From assembly GCA_004764695.1 (NCBI GenBank), contig SMSO01000035.1:1240001-1304000 (forward strand): 64,000 nt of DNA. Reading direction: 5' to 3'. The notes under the pieces are model-generated. The model made no database searches. It worked only from the letters and a program-made list of their open reading frames with translations, and was not told the origin of the DNA. This document shows, piece by piece, positions 1 to 10,243 of the stretch. A program made the position numbers and the translations under genes. Within the stretch, counting starts at the first letter, position 1. Each line of letters begins with the position of its first letter. This stretch comes from Schizochytrium sp. TIO01 (lineage: Eukaryota > Protista > Bigyra: Labyrinthulomycetes).

Positions 1-802
1 GAGCGAACGAGCGAGAGAACCGGATAGATGGGTTGATAATTCGATGGAGTGAGGATGTTTCGATAGACTCGCGGAGAGAGATATTGTGGATGAACCGGAC
101 CGCAGGAAAAAGCCATCTATCGACTTGCCTGCAGAGCAAAGGCGAGGAGGAAAGACCTCGACGCTGGTCTTTGTTTGTCTCTTGGGATTTACAGCTCCAG
201 GGATCCTGAGGACACTGTTTTAGAACAAAGCCCAAAGCCCTGCGAGACCAGGCAGGCAGCAGGCAGGCAGGCAACCAATCGGCCACGCCACCAAGCGACC
301 CCATACCATTCAATTTTAGCGGAAAAGGCCTGCGCGGCTAGGGTCTGAATTATTCTCAGATCGGATCGCAACTTATGGCTGGCTAGCTGGCTAGCTACAT
401 GGTAGCTGCACAACTGGCAGCTCGCTTGGGTACTGCAGCAGCAGGGTTGTCAAGAGCCGTGAGGCAGTCTTTCAGAAGTGCTTTTAAGGAGGTAGTCCCA
501 GCTGCTTTTGTGTTCCCTTTCCTTCTTACTCCTTCTCTGAAAGTAAGATAACAGTTGTTCTTTTTATATTTGGTTAGAGTAGTAGTGTCATAATAGTTAA
601 TCTATACAATTACATTTAAAATATTAAAATTCTAAAAAATATAATGAGAAGAGCTAACAACATTATGATAGCGTGTGTGTGTATATTGGAACCTCACTAT
701 CTTTAATAGTAGGAAGGTAGGGACCACCAAAAGAGAGCCTTCTCTTCCAACCAATCCCGAATGGTTCGAAGGTAGCGCAGTGAAAAAAAATGAAACTAGA
801 AT

Positions 803-874
803 TGGACACATCGAGGATTGAACTCAAGACTTTCTCAATGCAAATGAGACGTGCTACCACTGCACCATGCGCCC
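803..874 (-). tRNA. tRNA-Ala(UGC), copy 1 of 5
   Basis: Reverse complement folds as a 72-nt cloverleaf: GGGCGCA/TGTGTCC acceptor with the G3:U70 Ala determinant, D-arm GTGC/GCAC, anticodon stem TCTCA/TGAGA with loop TT-TGC-AT, T-loop TTCAATC, discriminator A. No encoded CCA; T-run (Pol III terminator) just downstream. Confidence 0.96.
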
Positions 875-1014
875 ACTGACTGGAATTTCAATCCGTAACA
901 CGACTTACTAAGGCTCAGGATTTCCAAATCTTGACAAAATAGGAAAAAAAAAAAGGGTTGTCATCTCGAACATGTGGAACTTCACTTCGTGAATAGGAAA
1001 AAAAAAAGAGTATT

Positions 1015-1086
1015 TGGACACATCGAGGATTGAACTCAAGACTTTCTCAATGCAAATGAGACGTGCTACCACTGCACCATGCGCCC
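1015..1086 (-). tRNA. tRNA-Ala(UGC), copy 2 of 5
   Basis: Identical 72-nt sequence to copy 1; minus-strand T-run downstream. Confidence 0.96.
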
Positions 1087-1201
1087 ACTGACTGAAAGAT
1101 CATGGTGCTACACCACCTACTAAGTCTCAGCATTCACACATTCTGAATGCAAAAAGTTGTGGAACATGTGGAACGCATACTGCGAATGGGAAAAAAAGAA
1201 T

Positions 1202-1273
1202 TGGACACATCGAGGATTGAACTCAAGACTTTCTCAATGCAAATGAGACGTGCTACCACTGCACCATGCGCCC
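1202..1273 (-). tRNA. tRNA-Ala(UGC), copy 3 of 5
   Basis: Identical 72-nt sequence to copy 1; minus-strand T-run downstream. Confidence 0.96.
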
Positions 1274-1376
1274 ACTGACTGAAAGATCAAAGTGCTACAC
1301 CGCCTACTAACTCTCAGCATTCACAGATTCTGACTCGAACATTTGGAACATGCTCTTTGAGAGAGCAAAAAATAAA

Positions 1377-1448
1377 TGGACACATCGAGGATTGAACTCA
1401 AGACTTTCTCAATGCAAATGAGACGTGCTACCACTGCACCATGCGCCC
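1377..1448 (-). tRNA. tRNA-Ala(UGC), copy 4 of 5
   Basis: Identical 72-nt sequence to copy 1; minus-strand T-run downstream. Confidence 0.96.
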
Positions 1449-1603
1449 ACTAATGAAATTTTGTGTGTTTACAGAACGTATTAAATGGCAGGGTAGGAAT
1501 TCTACATCTTGAAAGAAAAAGAAATAAGCGGAACCTTTGGAACTTTGCTCGTACAGTTAAGAAATTTAATAAAACAGTGGAAGGGGAAAAAAGAAACCAT
1601 TTT

Positions 1604-1675
1604 TGGACACATCGAGGATTGAACTCAAGACTTTCTCAATGCAAATGAGACGTGCTACCACTGCACCATGCGCCC
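1604..1675 (-). tRNA. tRNA-Ala(UGC), copy 5 of 5
   Basis: Identical 72-nt sequence to copy 1; minus-strand T-run downstream. Confidence 0.96.
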
Positions 1676-2378
1676 ACTGATGAGACATAATGATCGAACA
1701 AAACCTTATAACGGCAGTACCAACGAAAGAGAAAGCTTGAAGAGGGCCAATTTGTCGTTTACAGGAGCAAATCGCAGGATCAAGGCCATGGCTCCAATTG
1801 ACCGAGTGACACCTCCACGAGATCATCCATTCCCAATTTTCTTACGCTATGGCAGGCGCTTCTCCTCACCTTTCATGGTAGACTATACAAAGGATTTTTT
1901 TAGACAAACCCTACAAGAATAGTGGCAGCTCTAAAACTCATGTGAGAGCGTTATCGATGTCTCCCATGGTCCAAAATCCAACCCAAATCTTCACAGCTAT
2001 AAATCGAAGATAGATAACCATCGAGATGACTTTAGCCGCAAGCAACACCATAAGTTGCGGCCTTCAGCACAAATAAGCGACGAAGAGAGTAGGTGCGACG
2101 GGCGTCATTCGAGCATCTGACCCTGTTCCCATCCTTGGGCTTGGTAGCACCTACTGTCATTCTTAGGGAAACCTGCTAGGCGGAAGAATTCCTCTGTGCT
2201 TCTTCGTCGTCGTTTTGTGCCTTCGAAGCACAGCAAAAAAATCCAAACTGCGCCAAAACCCAGACCACGCGGAGCAGTTTTGAGCTCGCACAGGCCCGCA
2301 CACAGGTCTTCTGCTCGCAGAAGAGTTCCGGGCGGCGCGAAAAGCCTTGGTAGGATTGGGAGGCTGACGCAGGCAAGG

Positions 2379-3760
2379 ATGGCGCCCACTAGCACGATGC
2401 TGGCCGTTGTCACGCTCGTCACGATCGCTGTTTTGGCCCAGTTTGCCTCGTTGGCCGAAGCGGCTGGGTCTATGCGAGGCGTGGAGGAAATCCAAACCAT
2501 CACTAACAGCCTCGAAGCCAACACCAAGGTTGGACCTATTCCCACCACCACGCTGAGCAATGGTGTGGAAATGCCCGTAAGTTATTGTGATAGGGATGCA
2601 GTTTAAACCAAATCCGTATACGATTACGAATGAAACCCTCAGATCTTCTGCCCTGATCAACTTGGGAAAGTACATGAAATCAAAGCCAAGTCCAAGAAAT
2701 CTTGGTATTCATGAGTAAAATGAGATGACGTGTAGAGCTGCATCGATCCAATCTCGTGATTGAGCATCAGAGTCGTGTGAGATGATTAATTGCTTCGGCC
2801 GCCGGGCATTCAGAAACTAACTTAATACTATATAATGGCTTCTCCTGTTTGGGGACACACAACACCCGCTCTAATTCTTGTATTCCATTATGATTATCAT
2901 CATTGGCGCTACAGATGATGGGTCTCGGTACATGGGAGTACAACAACTCAGTTGCCTATGGCGCTACCTTGACCGCACTCAAGGTTGGATACACCCATGT
3001 GGACACTGCAACTATCTATGGTAACCACAAGGGAGTCGGAGAGGCCATCAGTACCTGGAGAAAGTCTAACGGGGGCATTCGCGAAAATCTCTTTGTTACA
3101 ACAAAAATCCCTGGGGGGCTCAACTACTCAGCCTCGCAGGATGCCTTGGAGGCTTCCTTGGAGGATCTCGGCCTTGACTATGTTGATCTGATGCTGATGC
3201 ATTTTCCTGCTGGAATGGATGGAAGCAGCAGCCCAGAAATTCGCATTGCTGGCTACAAGGCAATTATCGACTTCTACAAGGCTGGCAAGGCCCGGGCAAT
3301 TGGTGTTAGCCACTTCTGCAAGCGCCATATCCTTGAGCTTATGCACGCCGGCCTCATGGTCCCTCACGTCAACCAGGTCGAATTCCATGTTGGCATGGGT
3401 AATGCAGGGCCTAATGCTACGGACGATCGAGAGTTTGATAACATGGTTGGCACTCTTTACGAATCTTTCAGTCCCCTTTGCGGACCTTGCAACACAATGG
3501 AGCTCATCACTGGCGAACTTGTAACGAGCATTGGAAAAAAGTATGGCAAGTCCGGTGCCCAAGTCTCACTCAAGTGGCAGGTACAGCAGGGCATTCCTGT
3601 TATCCCCAAGTCTGACAACGAGGAGCACATCATTGCCAATGCTCAGCTCTTTGACTGGGAACTTAGTGCTGAGGACATGGTTGCGCTAACTCAGGCTAAG
3701 TCCCCCCCGGTGACTGGTGGTGGTGACAACCTCACCTCTGGTGATTGTGCCATCCCTTAA
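2379..3760 (+). CDS. Aldo-keto reductase with predicted N-terminal signal peptide; 2 exons (2379-2576, 2915-3760), about 347 aa
   Basis: A phase-0 intron (GTAAGT...ACAG, 2577-2914) joins TLSNGVEMP to MMGLGTW, rebuilding the canonical AKR N-terminal motif. Catalytic tetrad is present (DTATIY, TTKI, LMHFP) along with IGVS, NQVEFH and IPKS motifs. Exon 1 begins with a hydrophobic segment MAPTSTMLAVVTLVTIAVLAQFASLAEA. Confidence 0.88.
2577..2914 (+). other. Spliceosomal intron of the AKR gene (338 bp)
   Basis: GTAAGT donor and CAG acceptor; removal restores the reading frame and a conserved motif. Confidence 0.85.
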
Positions 3761-4240
3761 AACTAATCTTTGCAAGAGAGAGGATAACACAGCAGCTCTT
3801 TCTACCATCTATGTTTACATGTGCCGCGTCTCAGTAGCTGCTCAGTAGGTTCAGGCTGTAGCACTAGCTGCTGCTGTTATCTAAAATAACTTTAGACCCC
3901 TAGATTTCCCCAAAGATGGCCCCTGCCATACCAGCTCGGGCACTTAGACCTTCTTTGAGACTATCCTTCTAGTAGTGTTAAATTCAGTATATAACAAAAC
4001 ATAAAACATCAAGTCCAGACTTCACCTTGTACTATATTCTCTCTGGTGTTGGACAAAGAACCATGATTGAAGATGAATATTATTTGACTTTAAGAATACC
4101 TCATCTTGGAAATGACAAAGGTCTTCCTATATGTATATTTATTATGTACTCTCTTGTGATTTGATTGTCTGGTCTCTGAGAAATAGTTTGGCTCAAGTCT
4201 GAGCCCATGAGCATGCTTGGAAAAACAAGCGACTTCTCGC

Positions 4241-7200
4241 TTAGGCTACATAGGCCACAGTCGAAGTTGGATCTGCTGCAGGAGCAGACCCAGGTTCGTC
4301 AGCAGGCTTCATTGGTTTGGGAAGCGGGATGTGACGCTGCAATTCCCGAATGAGCTCGTCACGGGCCTTCAATTCCGAGTCCGTCTCACGAAGCTTTTCT
4401 TCAAAAAAGTTAAAGTTTCGCTTTGCTTGCGTGCGCTCACGCTCCAAGTCTAAAGTAAGTTGATCAAGAACATTAGCCATGTACTCCTTAGCATCTTGTG
4501 TGTCCTGTTGCAACCGTGTTAGACGCTTGATCTCATCTGACTGAGCAACAAGCTGTAGCTGCTGTGACTGAATAATTGACACCAGTGAAGCCAGTGATTC
4601 CGCCTCGTCACAGGTCAACGACCCGGGCATGACAGGCAAACGCTCTGACTTCTGCTGTGCAAATACTTGCTCGCGCTTGCGGAAGTCTGCTTCCATATCG
4701 AGCATACGTGTAGTAAGTTCTGTGATACGCGCTTCTCGTTCTGCTGCAACGACTTTATATTCCCAGCAGCGCTGTTCAACTTCTTCAAGTTGAATTCGCA
4801 TGCGGTTCTTTTGCTCCTTGAACAAGGTTCGCTGAGTTTCGTCTTCTTGGATGCGGGCTGTGAGGCGGGACACAAGCACGTTACTAGCGTGCTGACCATA
4901 AGTTTGCTCTTTGAAAGCCTCAATATTTGCAATAGTAAGATCGCCAGGGCTATCTCCAAATATTTCGGAGGCAATACGCTTGCACTTCTCAATGCTCATA
5001 ACTTCCACAGGTTCAGACGGTGCTTGTACCATAAGATTCGGACCACCCTGCAATTTCTTTCCTCGTTGCTGCACAGGTGTACTTGGTGTAGAGTCAATAT
5101 CGAAATCTTCATCAGATATGTGGCGAACCTGTACCGCAAGCAATTCTGACCGAAGATCATGACCACCAGGCTTCACACTACCAATAAACGAAGAATTGCG
5201 TGAGCAAGGCGGGGATTTACGCCAAGACCGAGATCTTTCGGTGAGAGTACGCATCTGCTCTGCAATCTCAAGCTGCTTTAAGGCTTCTGCTGCTTTGGAT
5301 TCTTCTTCTAGCTTTTTAGCGAGTTCTTCGGCTTCTTGACGAGCAATCTCTAATCGCATCGCAAGCTCTTGCCGTGCATGATTACAGCGGATAAAGCATT
5401 GGAGCTGTAAAGCTGCCTTCTGCTTTACCTGGTAAGCGCGGCGAGCATGGTAGCCGCGCATACAGCGCTGCAGGGTCACAGCTGACGTATTTCGTGTACG
5501 GAAATACATCAGTCGATCCTCGAAATGCTTTGCAGCCAAAGCCTTAATGACACAGTTTCTCCACAACATGCGAACATAATACAGTTTAAAACGATCTATG
5601 ACCCACTTTCGCTCTGCTTGCGCCTTCGCATCAGTGGGAGATGCGCATGACCATACTTTTGAAGCCTCCAAGATACGATCAAGCATTGAGAGTTGGCCAT
5701 TTCGAAAGAAAACTCGAGTGTTACCACATCTATAGGCTTTGTGGGGCACATCAAAAGCCCAGAATAAAGCTTTGGTAAATTCTCGTTCATTGCCTCCTCC
5801 TAAATTTTGCCATATCCGCAAAGCTTCTGTAGGTAATGCCTCAGAATATGCGTCAATCAGGCTTTGATATGGAATTCTTGTCGGCAAACCAGACTTCAGA
5901 ACTTGTGCAGTTTGTTCAATACTCAAGCATCGTAACTGACTGACGACAAGGGATCGATCAAACCAAGGTTGATTAGCCTCACGCTTCATTTGAACATTTG
6001 GCTTCACACAACGAATAAAAGAGCATTTCGTTGCCTCAAGAGTTTGTACGAGTTCTTTAATCTGCACAGAGAACTTTGATACAATAGACTGCTGCTTCCG
6101 TCTTTGAGGGCGCCTTTGGCCACCACGACCGGCCTTCGTATTATTTCCATCACCTGCATCGCTACGACCCCAGCTGACAGAGGCGTTAGAAGATGCAGAA
6201 AGGAAAGCCTCGGCTCGGTCTGGAAGCTGATCATTATTTTTGTGAATGAAACCTTCAGCTACATACGACACTGGGCCAGGGTAATGAGCAACAATAAAGG
6301 TTGTTCGAATATCTTTTGGATGAGGCTTTGGAAAGCACGCATGACCTGAAAATTTGTTGTGCATAGACTGATTGAGCTTTTCGTCAGTAGGCTGTGGTGC
6401 CCTGCTCACTTCGTCAATAAGTGCCAAAAGACCAGGCTTGCCTGTAACTCCATGAAATAGATGCACGCACTCACTGGACGCACGGGGTGGAGGAAAGTCT
6501 GCATCCTTCATGACCAAGCCCTCTGCCTTGTACAGCGCCACCTCTGCTTCAAAAACCTGACGAATGAAGGTATCTTGGAGTGCTTCGTTTGTGTAATTGA
6601 TGAGGAGCTGCTCAAAGCTGTTTTGCTGCATAGACTCGAAACCAAAAATATCCAAAACTCCAACAAAGTGCATCTCTGTTGGACTAGTCTCAACACTTCC
6701 CTTAGTCTTCTGACACAGACTTTCGTTTACATGGTGTAGTACCCACTCAAAGATACCAGCATAGATGGCCTTTGCGACAGCATTCCGATTGTACATTGCT
6801 CGATCCAAACCTTCTGAAGTGATGATAGGGTCCTTGGAACCTGGGAACCGAACCTCACGCTCGCACAGAAGCTTGCGAAGACTCTCCTGCCCATCAAGAC
6901 CTAATAGATCGCAGCAGACTTGGGCACTGCCGTCCTCAATAGTCGCCTCATCAGCATCGCCTACAAATTTAACCTGCAACAAGTGCAGAACTCCTGCCAA
7001 GGCGCGAAAGAGAACATCCTGACTTATACCCACAGTATCAAGAGCCTCGCGAAGCGCAAGGAATCTCTTTTCGTCACCCTTCCGACTCTCACTTTCGTCA
7101 AGTTTGCATTCATCAAGATGAAAATCAGGCAATTGACTGGAAGCAGAGCTTAGGTAATGTAGAATATGGAAACTACGTTCCTCAGCGCCGTGAAAAACCA

Positions 7201-7936
7201 CACGACTCTTCTCTAAAAGGTATGTCTCGATGCGTGCACCGCTTATTGCCCAACCACTGTTATCAGCCTTCTTCTCTAGCAGAACCTTTGTATACTTGCC
7301 AAAGCGCGAAGAGTTATGGTTCATGCACGTGGAGGCATTACCAATTGCCTCGAGAATAGGACTCACTTGCAAGAGGCGTTCCTCCAGAGCGTTTCCTTCT
7401 GCACCAGCATGGCAGCGCGCAACAATGTGACGAATAACCCTTTTTGCGCTTTCTGTTTTACCCGATCCTGATTCACCTCCAATAACAATCGATTGATCAC
7501 CAGCGCCCGATCGTGCACCCAATTGAAGTTGCTGTAATGCCGTTTCTGCAATTGCGAAAGGTCCTTTTGCCCGCGATGTGCCACACCCGTAGCTAGACTC
7601 GTCTAATTCTCTTAATGGATTTACGCTCACCAGAACAGGACCCATAAAAGTGTAGGGAGCATCATCAATTGCGCGAAGTCGCAAATTTTCCAAAATCCCA
7701 GGTTCGTGGATGTGATGCAATGCCGTCATATCCTCCTCTACGCCCCTGTTCATCACGTAGACATGCTCGCTCGGTACTGTAGATTCTTCACCGGCACTGC
7801 CATAGTCATGTTCGCTAGCCTTCACTACGACGTCTCCGCCGCTACCACCAACAGAGGCTACAACAACACCAGCTCGCCATGAGCCGTCTTGATGGCCTCC
7901 ATACCAAACGCGGGCGCCTTCTTCGAGCACAACCAT
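4241..7936 (-). CDS. Unconventional myosin heavy chain (N-terminal SH3-like region, motor, IQ motifs, coiled-coil tail), about 1231 aa
   Basis: P-loop GESGSGKT, switch I NHNSSRFGK, switch II DIFGFE, FIRCVKPN, IQ-like LQRCMRGYHARR and LQCFIRCNHARQ, heptad-rich tail. Start set at the first ATG (7936); the ORF track start at 8050 is GTG. Confidence 0.93.
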   Translation of the reverse strand: MVVLEEGARVWYGGHQDGSWRAGVVVASVGGSGGDVVVKASEHDYGSAGEESTVPSEHVYVMNRGVEEDMTALHHIHEPGILENLRLRAIDDAPYTFMGPVLVSVNPLRELDESSYGCGTSRAKGPFAIAETALQQLQLGARSGAGDQSIVIGGESGSGKTESAKRVIRHIVARCHAGAEGNALEERLLQVSPILEAIGNASTCMNHNSSRFGKYTKVLLEKKADNSGWAISGARIETYLLEKSRVVFHGAEERSFHILHYLSSASSQLPDFHLDECKLDESESRKGDEKRFLALREALDTVGISQDVLFRALAGVLHLLQVKFVGDADEATIEDGSAQVCCDLLGLDGQESLRKLLCEREVRFPGSKDPIITSEGLDRAMYNRNAVAKAIYAGIFEWVLHHVNESLCQKTKGSVETSPTEMHFVGVLDIFGFESMQQNSFEQLLINYTNEALQDTFIRQVFEAEVALYKAEGLVMKDADFPPPRASSECVHLFHGVTGKPGLLALIDEVSRAPQPTDEKLNQSMHNKFSGHACFPKPHPKDIRTTFIVAHYPGPVSYVAEGFIHKNNDQLPDRAEAFLSASSNASVSWGRSDAGDGNNTKAGRGGQRRPQRRKQQSIVSKFSVQIKELVQTLEATKCSFIRCVKPNVQMKREANQPWFDRSLVVSQLRCLSIEQTAQVLKSGLPTRIPYQSLIDAYSEALPTEALRIWQNLGGGNEREFTKALFWAFDVPHKAYRCGNTRVFFRNGQLSMLDRILEASKVWSCASPTDAKAQAERKWVIDRFKLYYVRMLWRNCVIKALAAKHFEDRLMYFRTRNTSAVTLQRCMRGYHARRAYQVKQKAALQLQCFIRCNHARQELAMRLEIARQEAEELAKKLEEESKAAEALKQLEIAEQMRTLTERSRSWRKSPPCSRNSSFIGSVKPGGHDLRSELLAVQVRHISDEDFDIDSTPSTPVQQRGKKLQGGPNLMVQAPSEPVEVMSIEKCKRIASEIFGDSPGDLTIANIEAFKEQTYGQHASNVLVSRLTARIQEDETQRTLFKEQKNRMRIQLEEVEQRCWEYKVVAAEREARITELTTRMLDMEADFRKREQVFAQQKSERLPVMPGSLTCDEAESLASLVSIIQSQQLQLVAQSDEIKRLTRLQQDTQDAKEYMANVLDQLTLDLERERTQAKRNFNFFEEKLRETDSELKARDELIRELQRHIPLPKPMKPADEPGSAPAADPTSTVAYVA

Positions 7937-9437
7937 CTTCGTTACTCGACTGTCTTCCCCTCGTTCACCTTTAGTTCGTTTGGATCTTCGTCTCTGGCGA
8001 GAGGTTTGGGAATTAAACCTGCACACTGAGCGAGGTTTGTTGTCGTCCACGTTCCCGTATCACGAGTGGTGACTGCCTGGAGTCCCTCAAAATCTCCCGC
8101 TGGCCTACGCATGATGGTACGAATCCACCGATCTCTACGATGCCTCTCTAAACCCTTAGGCCGCCCGCCTTACACTTCCTTCAAATCCTAAGCCTAACTA
8201 ACACCGACCATACTCAAGCTTCTTCCACCTAAGCTAGACATGTCTGGGCTTACATTGTACTTCTTCTGCTCCCCCGTGTGCTTCCTACTCAATTGCCACT
8301 ACCTCTGCCTTGGCATCTGTATGAGGAATCTATCATCTATACGAAGGAACCCAGATTTCCCATCTTCAAGGCTCAAAGGCGGAGCTGATTCGTCCTAGGG
8401 AAGCGTTGTTTGCTAATAATTGTATTCTGCGTAAGCTCAAACTGTCCGCCTCAGCATGCTGCAATCGCGACACTTTGACCGCCACATTCCCAGCGCCCAG
8501 CAACAAACTAGCCCTCGTGTTGCCCGAATCCCATATGCAGTGCCTACCGACGGATCACCCTGTAGCTGGTCTTCGCCACGTCGAGCGAGCTTCGCAAAGG
8601 TGGCTCATCGCAATTGCAAGAATTGCAATCGATTCTCCAGACTACAAAAACCATCAAATTAAATTACAGTGTTATTTTTTAATAACACTAGCTGGGTAGT
8701 TGGTATCTCTATAACTCGATAACTCTTTGCGACCTCCTAACCGATACTCATAGTATACCCTAACTCGTGCACTTTAAGTCCTTCATGAGTCATCATCATA
8801 TTCATAATCGCTCAATCCATGATGGGTTATGGATGATTCCACGATTGGAATCGAAGCATGCTGAGGTCAAGGTATCTATGGCGCTCGACGTGAGAATTGA
8901 CCCGAACGCAGGGACGCAGCTTGGCCTAGCAGCTGGGTTTCCAGGAAGGTGTCTGCGCTGCGTGGTCCGCGCAACGCATTTTCCTGTCGAGCCCATTGCG
9001 CTGCTCGGCGCCGCATGGTCTTTCGTGACAGCCTTGGCTTGCATTGCGCGGAGACTTTGCGCAAGAGGTGAGCGAGCGAATGAGAGTGAACCAACGAGCG
9101 GTTGCGCTGACTGTAAAGGATACAGAGCGCAGAGGATAGATCTGCGGGCACCTGAGTAGCGAACTTTCAATTGAGAAGCGTTGGCAGGAAAGAAGTCGTT
9201 TCCTTGAACCGCGACGCTTATTAAACTAATCAACTGTTTAGAGTGATATCCAGGAGACTTTCAACTTTTACTTTTCAAGGTATTATGTAAAAGATAGCTG
9301 CTATAGATGTCGATTTCACAGCAGTGCTTGAACACTCGGATTCATCCCAGGTGGTGCTTTGCGACATCATTGCGGTGGTGGTACGTGTGACAGATAGGTT
9401 AGTTGAGACTGTATAGCAAGTAGTTTGTGCTGCAAAG

Positions 9438-9902
9438 ATGAACATCTTCGTGTATGGTAGCCTCATGGAGGAGCGTGTGCTCTCCTTGGTAGTGGGGCGA
9501 ATGCCCTCGACACTCCCTGGCACGCTCTTCGGGTACACCCGCTACGCCATCAAAGAGAGGGTTTACCCCGGCATTGTACGGACTGAGCCAAAGGCTGCTG
9601 TCCAAGGTCTGCTTGTGACCGAGCTTTCCGACAAGGAGATGCAGCAACTTGATGCTTTCGAAGATGATGATTATATTCGCTCGCTTGAGCCAATTGCTGC
9701 CGCAGGTGGTGAGAAGGTGGACGCATACTGTTATGTGTGGAAGGATGAGCTTAAAAACGAGCTCAAGCCCACTCCATGGGACTACGACAAAGACTTCATG
9801 CCACACATTGACGACTACCTCGTTAACACTAAAAAGTTTGTAGACAATGGCTACTCCTGGGACTTCGCAGAGGTTGCAAATGATCTCGACAAGGAGCATT
9901 AA
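9438..9902 (+). CDS. AIG2-like / gamma-glutamylcyclotransferase-fold protein
   Basis: N-terminal FVYGSL, YPG, and LDAFE..Y.R motifs typical of the GGCT/AIG2 family. Confidence 0.88.
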   Translation: MNIFVYGSLMEERVLSLVVGRMPSTLPGTLFGYTRYAIKERVYPGIVRTEPKAAVQGLLVTELSDKEMQQLDAFEDDDYIRSLEPIAAAGGEKVDAYCYVWKDELKNELKPTPWDYDKDFMPHIDDYLVNTKKFVDNGYSWDFAEVANDLDKEH

Positions 9903-10243
9903 CTGTTGAGAAAGACTCTTTATATCTTCATCCTGTTTTAGGATAAAGTAAACATTAAAGATTATATTTGTTTATAAACATCCTGTGTATGACCTTCGAG
10001 ACATTTGCTACCCCTCAAAATATCCCCCGTTATTTCCTAAAAGTTAGACAAAGGTAGACTATTTTAGTGAATTAATGGAATATCTTAATGATCTTGAAGA
10101 CAGCTTAGACCTAACCCCAACCAGCGACGCTACAACGTTTCAAGCGTCTGCATCTGATTGGAGTGAGCTTTTTCTCAGGTCAATCGAAACAAGGAAGTGT
10201 GAACAAAACAGCTAGCGCAGATTTAAACTTTGTTGCTGTATGC

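Noticed and set aside
803-1675. CRISPR array (identical repeats with variable spacers)
   Set aside because: The repeats are 72-nt tRNA cloverleaves, the spacers are over 100 bp and related to each other, there are no cas genes and the context is eukaryotic.
663-1922. Short ORFs overlapping the tRNA array
   Set aside because: They are translations through tRNA genes and spacers with no protein motifs.
7937-8050. N-terminal extensions from GTG/TTG or far-upstream starts in the ORF track (myosin; also kinesin 16810, TPK 11389, MetY 46803, 60933)
   Set aside because: Eukaryotic context favours the first suitable ATG. The MetY extension runs through an (ATCA)n-like repeat and would mask the presequence, although its upstream ATG at 46803 is not formally excluded.
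8406-9233. ORFs of 90-143 aa between myosin and the GGCT-like gene
   Set aside because: Overlapping frames on both strands, mostly non-ATG starts, no recognisable motifs; probably divergent promoter/UTR DNA.
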